Assembly: GCF_000284455.1 (NCBI RefSeq)
Contig: NC_017039.1
Coordinates: forward strand, 2,400,001 to 2,432,000
From: Synechocystis sp. PCC 6803 substr. PCC-P
GTDB taxonomy: Bacteria; Cyanobacteriota; Cyanobacteriia; Cyanobacteriales; Microcystaceae
Direction: 5' to 3'
Length of the DNA stretch: 32,000 nucleotides
Under the pieces are notes generated by a model. That model did not search any database. It worked only from the letters and a program-made list of their open reading frames with translations, and had not been told where the DNA came from. This document shows positions 26,505 to 32,000 of this stretch, in pieces; within the stretch, counting starts at the first letter, position 1; every line of letters begins with the position of its first letter. Made by a program: the position numbers and the translations under genes.

Positions 26505-26634
26505 TTCCTGTCTTCCCACCGATCTGAGTTTGATCGGGCAATTTCGTTTAAACCGTTGCCAAATTGCTAAAGATTGGAACAGATTAGAAAATCTAGAAAA
26601 CTTCTAAAAAACCTTAACTTGGAGCCTCTGCCCC

Positions 26635-27117
26635 ATGAGTATTATCAAAAAGCCGGATCTTAGCGATCCCGATTTACGGGCCAAACTTGCCAAAGGCATG
26701 GGTCACAACTATTATGGTGAGCCCGCCTGGCCCAACGACATTCTTTACATGTTTCCTATCTGCATCCTTGGTGCTTTGGGGCTAATTGCCGGATTGGCGA
26801 TCCTCGACCCTGCCATGATCGGTGAACCAGCGGATCCCTTTGCGACCCCTCTGGAAATTTTGCCTGAATGGTACCTGTACCCCACTTTCCAAATTTTGCG
26901 CATTCTTCCCAACAAACTTTTGGGCATTGCCGGTATGGCTGCCATTCCCCTTGGTTTGATGTTGGTGCCTTTCATTGAAAGTGTGAACAAATTCCAAAAC
27001 CCCTTCCGTCGTCCCATTGCCATGACTGTCTTCTTGTTCGGCACTGCGGCGGCTTTATGGTTAGGTGCTGGGGCAACTTTCCCCATTGATAAGTCCCTAA
27101 CCTTGGGCTTGTTCTAA
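26635..27117 (+). CDS. petD: Cytochrome b6-f complex subunit IV
   Basis: 160 aa. It has [30 protein letters not shown] and the PEWY motif ([11 protein letters not shown]). It lies downstream of petB as in the petBD operon. Confidence 0.97.
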   Translation: MSIIKKPDLSDPDLRAKLAKGMGHNYYGEPAWPNDILYMFPICILGALGLIAGLAILDPAMIGEPADPFATPLEILPEWYLYPTFQILRILPNKLLGIAGMAAIPLGLMLVPFIESVNKFQNPFRRPIAMTVFLFGTAAALWLGAGATFPIDKSLTLGLF

Positions 27118-27275
27118 TGAAGATTTTCCACTCTTGGGTAAGGTCGACAGTAGTGGTTTGAGTCCTATAAGTTCAACAAAATCCTAATCCATCTTTAAGA
27201 CCTGGTATCTCGGGATATTTGTTAGCTAACTCCCAGAACGATTGGCCAAAATTCAAGATATCATTACCACATAAA

Positions 27276-27316
27276 TTCCTTTGTCAGCTTATTTTGTTTG
27301 CAAAGGAATTTTTTTG
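27276..27316 (+). terminator. Candidate intrinsic terminator of petBD
   Basis: TTCCTTTG (27276-27283) and CAAAGGAA (27301-27308) form a perfect 8-bp stem with a 17-nt loop. It is followed immediately by tttttttg (27309-27316), about 160 nt after the petD stop. Confidence 0.4.
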
Positions 27317-27368
27317 CTGGTAAAAATCCTGATTGCATTGCCAAACATCCTCTCAATCTTGACAATCA

Positions 27369-28790
27369 ATGAAAATTGTTATTGATGGTATTTTTTTTCA
27401 CATTGCCAATACCGGGATTGCGAGGGTGTGGCGGAGTGTCTTGGCGCAATGGTGTGATTCAGGTTTTATAGAAAATATTATTCTGATTGATCGAGGTCAT
27501 ACTGCTCCCCAGTTGCAAGGGGCTCAATACTATCATCTCCCAACGTTTAATTATCAAGAAGAAGCATTATTTTCCACCAAGCTACAGGAAATTTGTGATC
27601 AATTCCATGCTGATCTATTCATTTCCACTTACTACACAACGCCCCTATCTACCCCTTCCCTTTTAATGATCCATGACATGATTCCAGAGGTAATGGGCTG
27701 GGATTTAAGGGAGTTTTGGTGGCGAGAAAAAAACTATGCCATACTCTATGCCAATCAATATATTGCGGTTTCTAACAATACGGCCCAGGACTTAATGCGA
27801 TTTTATCCTGAGGTCCAGCCTTCCCGGATAACAGTTATTCATAATGGCGTTGATAAGGGATTCCATCCAGCAGAGTCACGAGAAATCAGTGGAATTAAAA
27901 CAAAGTTTGCTATCAATGCTTCCTATTTGTTACTAGTCGGTACCCATTTGGGAGCAAACCAATATAAAAACGGCACTATTTTATTTGAAGCGTTAAAGCA
28001 TTGGCAGAGTCCTGAAAAGTTAACTATTGTTTGCGTGGGGGGCAATGTAGATTTGCAAAGGGAAATGCCATCACTACCCAACAATGTTGATATTTGTTTG
28101 ATTCGACCAACAGATGAGGAATTAAAAGCTCTTTACTCTGGGGCGATCGCCTTGGTTTATCCTTCTTTGTACGAGGGCTTTGGTTTGCCGATTCTTGAGG
28201 CTATGGCCTGCGGTTGCCCAGTAATCACTTGCCATAACTCTTCATTGCCAGAGGTGGGGAAAGATGCAGTTATTTATATCGATGGTCAGAATAAAAGAGA
28301 AATGATTGAAGCCTTGGAAAAAGTTCAAAATCAAGCAATTCGCAACGAACTAATTACTAAAGGGAAAGAGCGAGCTAAAAAATTTCCCTGGTCAACAACT
28401 GCCGGCAAAATTAGTGATTTGTGTCTAGAAATAATTGCAGACACAAAAAATAAAGCAGAAAAAAATAACTTTATTTCGCTCTGGCAAGATTTTAGGCAAT
28501 GTCAGGTTCAAGAATATCAATATTCATCAATGGCAGAAACAATACAAGCGAAAAATATTGCGGTTAATGATCTAGTTTGTCATTTAGAAAATGAGATTGA
28601 AAATAACAATTATGTTATCGCTCATTTACAGACAGAGAATCAGCAATTGCAGGATTCCATTGATAAATTGAATTGGCAAATTGAAGAATTATTAAATACA
28701 AAGAAGACGCTAAAAAGATTATGCAGAAAAGTACTGAAGAAGCTATTTAGGCTCAAATTAGATACAGATAAAAGGTATAGGGACCACTAG
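27369..28790 (+). CDS. Family 1 (GT4-type) glycosyltransferase with a C-terminal coiled-coil extension
   Basis: 473 aa. The N-terminus is MKIVIDGIFF...TGIARV. The GT-B C-domain carries the E-x7-E motif (PSLYEGFGLPILEAMACGCPVI). Residues from about 355 to 473 are heptad-like (LENEIENNNYVIAHLQTENQQLQDSIDKLNWQIEELLNTKK) with a basic tail. Confidence 0.85.
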   Translation: MKIVIDGIFFHIANTGIARVWRSVLAQWCDSGFIENIILIDRGHTAPQLQGAQYYHLPTFNYQEEALFSTKLQEICDQFHADLFISTYYTTPLSTPSLLMIHDMIPEVMGWDLREFWWREKNYAILYANQYIAVSNNTAQDLMRFYPEVQPSRITVIHNGVDKGFHPAESREISGIKTKFAINASYLLLVGTHLGANQYKNGTILFEALKHWQSPEKLTIVCVGGNVDLQREMPSLPNNVDICLIRPTDEELKALYSGAIALVYPSLYEGFGLPILEAMACGCPVITCHNSSLPEVGKDAVIYIDGQNKREMIEALEKVQNQAIRNELITKGKERAKKFPWSTTAGKISDLCLEIIADTKNKAEKNNFISLWQDFRQCQVQEYQYSSMAETIQAKNIAVNDLVCHLENEIENNNYVIAHLQTENQQLQDSIDKLNWQIEELLNTKKTLKRLCRKVLKKLFRLKLDTDKRYRDH

Positions 28791-28917
28791 AGACCGGATA
28801 TTGTTCGGCAAAAAGTTATATTTGCAGGTTCATGGTTGGCAAAATAGTTTAATCTAGACTATCTAAAGGTTTGTTAATATCAAGCCACCTCAAAATTGCG
28901 ATCTTAAACCGAGCGCT

Positions 28918-29325
28918 ATGACGAATACTAAGACTACCCCCACGGTCAAAATACTACGGGAATTTGCCTGGATTATGGCCGGGATGATTGCCTTTCTCTT
29001 TGGTCTGCTCATTCCCCTACTAAAGGGCCACGGATTACCTCCATTGCCCTGGGCGATCGCCTTTGCCTTTGGAGGGCTGGGGCTAGTGGCTCCCCGTAGT
29101 TTGGGCCCAGTGTATGAACTATGGCTAAAAATTGGCCATGTTTTAGGGTGGATTAACAGCCGCATCATCCTGACCCTAATTTTTGCGTTGGTGGTTACTC
29201 CTATGGCTCTGGTAATGAAATTAATCAAAAGGGACACCATGGCCCGCCAATTGGAGCCCCAGCAGGTTACCTATCGATCGCCTTGTCGTCCCCGGGACAT
29301 TAGCCATCTGCAAAAACCCTACTAA
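28918..29325 (+). CDS. SxtJ-family-like small membrane protein
   Basis: 135 aa with 3-4 TM helices. LREFAWIMAGMIAFLFGLLIPLL...GPVYELWLKIGHVLGWINSRIILTLIF..VVTPMALVMKLIKRDTMAR matches my recollection of SxtJ-family proteins. It needs HMM confirmation. Confidence 0.65.
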   Translation: MTNTKTTPTVKILREFAWIMAGMIAFLFGLLIPLLKGHGLPPLPWAIAFAFGGLGLVAPRSLGPVYELWLKIGHVLGWINSRIILTLIFALVVTPMALVMKLIKRDTMARQLEPQQVTYRSPCRPRDISHLQKPY

Positions 29326-29361
29326 CCCACAAATTGCTAATAAACGTTTAAAAGTAACCTT

Positions 29362-29523
29362 ATGGAAGGATTTATTGAATTATTGCAGGATGTTTGGGGT
29401 TTCTTGCGGCAAAGAAAAAAATATTGGCTATTACCCCTGATTTTAACCCTCGTTCTCCTGGGAGCCTTAATTGTTTTCACCCAAGGATCGGCGATCGCCC
29501 CCTTTATCTACACTCTCTTTTAA
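29362..29523 (+). CDS. DUF5989-like (SxtK-like) 53-aa membrane peptide
   Basis: The ATG at 29362 to TAA at 29521-29523 encodes MEGFIELLQDVWGFLRQRKKYWLLPLILTLVLLGALIVFTQGSAIAPFIYTLF. The basic RKK(Y/F)WL motif, one TM helix and the ...APFIYTLF terminus fit the family as I recall it. It is below the ORF-track cutoff. Confidence 0.65.
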   Translation: MEGFIELLQDVWGFLRQRKKYWLLPLILTLVLLGALIVFTQGSAIAPFIYTLF

Positions 29524-29529
29524 GCTTCC

Positions 29530-30264
29530 ATGTCTCTGCTTCCCCATCGTCAAACCCAGTTGAAGGCCCTACTGCGACGGTTGGGATTAACTGACAATAC
29601 CCCAGTGGATTGGAACCTAGTGGATTTGGCCCTCACCCATGCCAGTCAGTCCCCGGAACAAAATTACCAGCAATTGGAGTTTGTTGGGGATGCAGTGGTG
29701 CGGTTAGCCTCAGCGGAAGTGCTGATGAAACATTATCCCCAGACTTCAGTGGGGGAAATGTCTGCCCTGAGGGCGATTTTGGTCAGTGATCGTACCCTAG
29801 CCGGTTGGGGAGAATTGTATGGCCTAGACCGATTTCTTTGGATTACTCCGGCGGTCCTGGCAGACAAAAATGGGCGAGTTTCCCTGATGGCGGATAGCTT
29901 TGAGGCCTTATTGGGAGCTCTTTACCTTAGTGTGGGGGATTTATCCCTAATCCGCCCTTGGTTAAGCGAACATTTGTTGGCCAAAGCCACTGAAATTAGA
30001 CAAGATCCTGCCCTCCATAACTATAAAGAAGCTTTGCAGGCATGGACCCAAGCCCACTACAAATGTTTACCAGAATACCGAGTAGAACCCCTGGATCAAA
30101 ATTTGCCCCAACAGTCAGGTTTTCAGGCAACGGTTTGGCTTGGCGATCAACCATTGGGTAGTGGTAGTGGTTCATCGAAAAAAAGTGCTGAACAGGCCGC
30201 CGCTCAACAAGCCTACCAAGATTTTATTGCTAAGGAAATTTTACCCATGCCCAAAATAAATTAA
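29530..30264 (+). CDS. rnc: Ribonuclease III
   Basis: 244 aa. The catalytic signature is variant (QQLEFVGDAVV), with the second acidic cluster (MADSFEALLGALYL). The C-terminal dsRBD is NYKEALQAWTQ...GSGSSKKSAEQAAAQQAY. The start is 6 nt after the preceding small ORF. Confidence 0.9.
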   Translation: MSLLPHRQTQLKALLRRLGLTDNTPVDWNLVDLALTHASQSPEQNYQQLEFVGDAVVRLASAEVLMKHYPQTSVGEMSALRAILVSDRTLAGWGELYGLDRFLWITPAVLADKNGRVSLMADSFEALLGALYLSVGDLSLIRPWLSEHLLAKATEIRQDPALHNYKEALQAWTQAHYKCLPEYRVEPLDQNLPQQSGFQATVWLGDQPLGSGSGSSKKSAEQAAAQQAYQDFIAKEILPMPKIN

Positions 30265-30284
30265 TTTGGTTAGATAGAGTTGAG

Positions 30285-32000
30285 TTAACAGATATATTGC
30301 CGAGCCTGAATTTTAGCTAACAGTTGACCCATGCAAATGGCACCGTCGTTGGGCGGTAGTTCTCTGGGCCACAAAGGAGAAAAACCAGCTTTTTTGAGGG
30401 CAGTAATGGTACTGGCAAGCAAATAACAATTTTGAAAGCAACCTCCCCCCAGAGCAACTTTTTCGATTCCCTGCTGTTGGGCAATAGTGATAATTAAATT
30501 TACTAAACTGTTGTGGAATTTAGTGGCTATTAGGTTAGTTTTGCTTCTATCTTCTGTGGTTATAGCTTTAATTAAGGGGCGCCAATCAACAGCTAATTTT
30601 TTTTCCTTGTTGTTTAGAGTCAAAGGATAATACTCCTCAGTTAAATTTGGCATAATCTGAGCTTCCAGAGCTATGGCCGCCTGACCTTCAAAAGTTACTT
30701 CGTTAATCAATCCTATCAGTGTCGCAATACCGTCAAATAATCTTCCCATACTCGAAGTGAGCGGTGCTTGCCCTCGTTGCCAAAGTTGACGTAAATTTTT
30801 GTTGTTTAGATCCTGATTTAACCTGCTGTTTATCTTGTTTTTAAACCCATTATTGAAATTCAACCAATTTCCTAAAGAATCAGCAGAAAAATCATCACCA
30901 AAAGTGGGCCATAACAACGCCAAAGCAATCCGATGGGGATATTTAATGGCTTGTTGATTACCTAATAAATGAAATGGTTGTAGATGAGCAATTCTCTGCC
31001 AAGTACCTTGGGTGATTTTTAAAAATTCTCCCCCCCAAATAGTACCGTCCATGCCGTAGCCAGTGCCATCCCAAGCAATACCTAACACGGACTCCTCCAT
31101 AACTCCATGTTCCGCCATAACCGCTAAAATATGAGCATAGTGATGCTGCACAAAAGTGACAGGCAAAGCTTGGTTTTCAGCATATTGATGACTGAAATAA
31201 TCAGGGTGTAAATCTGCAACAATTTCCTGGGGAGAGAAATCGTATAGCTGGCTTAAATGGGCAATGGCTTCTTCAAAATTTTGGTAGGTGGGAGCAGAAT
31301 TCAAATCGCCCAAATGTTGGCTGACGTAAGCTTGATTTTGTTTGGCGATCGCCACTGTATTTTTATAATGACCTCCCATCGCCAATAGTTTTTTTTGAGT
31401 AGGCTTTGGTAAAGTAATGGGTTGAGGAGCGTAACCCCGGGCTCGACGCAAAAATAATGGCTTCCCAGCTACTATTTGGACAACGGAATCATCCACTGGA
31501 CAAACAATCGGGCGATCATGAACGAGAAAACCGTCAGCAATATTTTGTAACCGGGTTAAAGCGTCAATATTATCAATGCAAATTTGCTCCCCAGCTAAGT
31601 TACCACTGGTAGCTACCATGGGTTTCTTTAATTTTTTTAGTAATAAGTGATGCAAAGGAGTATAGGCTAACATTACGCCGACTCGGGGGTTGCCTGGGGC
31701 AATATTTTCCACCAAAATTAATTGTTTTTTTTTGTTTAATAACACAATAGGGGCGGCGGCACTTTGTAACAATTCAACTTCTAGATTATTAGGTTGGTAA
31801 TGCTCCACAATTTGACCAAGATTACCATACATTACCGCCAAAGGTTTATCCGGTCGATGTTTCCTTAATCTTAATTTTTCCACAGCTTCAAAATCAGTGG
31901 CATCACAACACAAATGGAAGCCACCTAAGCCTTTAATAGCGATAATATTGCCGACTTTTAAATTATCTACAGCAAAGTTTAAAGCTTCATTTGCTTCTGC
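30285..32000 (-). CDS. hypF: [NiFe]-hydrogenase maturation carbamoyltransferase HypF (N-terminus outside the window)
   Basis: The frame is open to the window edge and the track start at 31913 is an internal TTG. It has a YrdC-like segment (IAIKGLGGFHLCCDA...RKHRPDKPLAVM) and a Kae1-like C-terminal domain (VQHHYAHILAVMAEHG, GIAWDGTGYGMDGTIWGGEF, LTSSMGRLFDGIA, LGGGCFQN). Confidence 0.9.
   Translation of the reverse strand, partial: AEANEALNFAVDNLKVGNIIAIKGLGGFHLCCDATDFEAVEKLRLRKHRPDKPLAVMYGNLGQIVEHYQPNNLEVELLQSAAAPIVLLNKKKQLILVENIAPGNPRVGVMLAYTPLHHLLLKKLKKPMVATSGNLAGEQICIDNIDALTRLQNIADGFLVHDRPIVCPVDDSVVQIVAGKPLFLRRARGYAPQPITLPKPTQKKLLAMGGHYKNTVAIAKQNQAYVSQHLGDLNSAPTYQNFEEAIAHLSQLYDFSPQEIVADLHPDYFSHQYAENQALPVTFVQHHYAHILAVMAEHGVMEESVLGIAWDGTGYGMDGTIWGGEFLKITQGTWQRIAHLQPFHLLGNQQAIKYPHRIALALLWPTFGDDFSADSLGNWLNFNNGFKNKINSRLNQDLNNKNLRQLWQRGQAPLTSSMGRLFDGIATLIGLINEVTFEGQAAIALEAQIMPNLTEEYYPLTLNNKEKKLAVDWRPLIKAITTEDRSKTNLIATKFHNSLVNLIITIAQQQGIEKVALGGGCFQNCYLLASTITALKKAGFSPLWPRELPPNDGAICMGQLLAKIQARQYIC

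Larger units (their letters stand above)
1123..31352. repeat. Dispersed HIP1 octamer palindromes (GCGATCGC), at least 25 copies
   Basis: Perfect copies counted by eye start at 1123, 1368, 1583, 2174, 2647, 3601, 4705, 6795, 11647, 12468, 14341, 14679, 15169, 16023, 19801, 21038, 22477, 22662, 24232, 25537, 26436, 28143, 29053, 29491 and 31345. Many one-mismatch variants also occur. Random expectation for an 8-mer palindrome in 32 kb is about 0.5. Confidence 0.9.

Noticed and set aside
25860-26519. Antisense ORFs (98 and 97 aa) and an alternative-frame ORF (92 aa) within petB
   Set aside because: petB is among the most conserved genes in the window. The shadow ORFs are His/Gly-rich with no start context.
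28890-29240. 116-aa minus-strand ORF opposite the SxtJ-like gene
   Set aside because: The plus-strand frame gives a family-like membrane protein in an operon-like arrangement. The minus-strand product is basic low complexity.
30792-30863. Asn/Lys-rich, roughly 30 percent GC segment (LNFNNGFKNKINSRLNQDLNNKN) inside hypF as a possible insertion
   Set aside because: This linker region of HypF is variable. Without an alignment I cannot show it is an insertion rather than normal divergence.
1123-31352. GCGATCGC repeats as a CRISPR array or MITE family
   Set aside because: The units are only 8 bp and irregularly spaced at kilobase intervals. They lie mostly inside genes, which is the HIP1 pattern and not an array or transposable element.

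Overview
The window reads as a cyanobacterial core-chromosome segment. Evidence is photosynthesis genes (petB-petD, psbT), the clock-output kinase sasA, ycf33/ycf38-type genes, and at least 25 copies of the HIP1 octamer GCGATCGC. Several proteins (for example PsbT MESVAYILVLTMALAVLFFAIAFREPPRIEK) match my recollection of Synechocystis sp. PCC 6803 or a very close relative. I could not run any search, so that identification is memory, not a result.

Gene content is mostly housekeeping: secD/secF, lpxD, rpmI-rplT, radC, trhO, tRNA-Ala(UGC), a urtD-like ATPase, an ABC-2 exporter cluster, purF, psbT, nrdR, 2-Cys peroxiredoxin, rbfA, ycf33, folD, an MCE protein, an amine oxidase, sasA, a GerMN protein, tpiA, an AI-2E transporter plus a binding protein, petBD, a glycosyltransferase, an SxtJ-like/DUF5989-like pair, rnc and partial hypF.

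I found no CRISPR array, transposase, integrase, prophage or recognisable defence island. I cannot point to a clear-cut novel multi-gene system.

The most interesting items:
- An SxtJ-like/DUF5989-like membrane micro-protein pair lacking its usual carbamoyltransferase, sitting between a glycosyltransferase and rnc and near hypF.
- trhO placed divergently beside a tRNA-Ala(UGC) gene of the isoacceptor type it modifies in other bacteria.
- A frameshift-split XhlA-like small gene next to that tRNA.
- A UrtD-like ATPase with a TerB-like C-terminal domain.
- An AI-2E permease translationally coupled to an orphan solute-binding protein.

Three real-looking ORFs shorter than 60 aa are absent from the supplied ORF track: psbT, the DUF5989-like ORF and the XhlA-like fragment. 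All product calls rest on motif recognition by eye and need HMM/BLAST confirmation.
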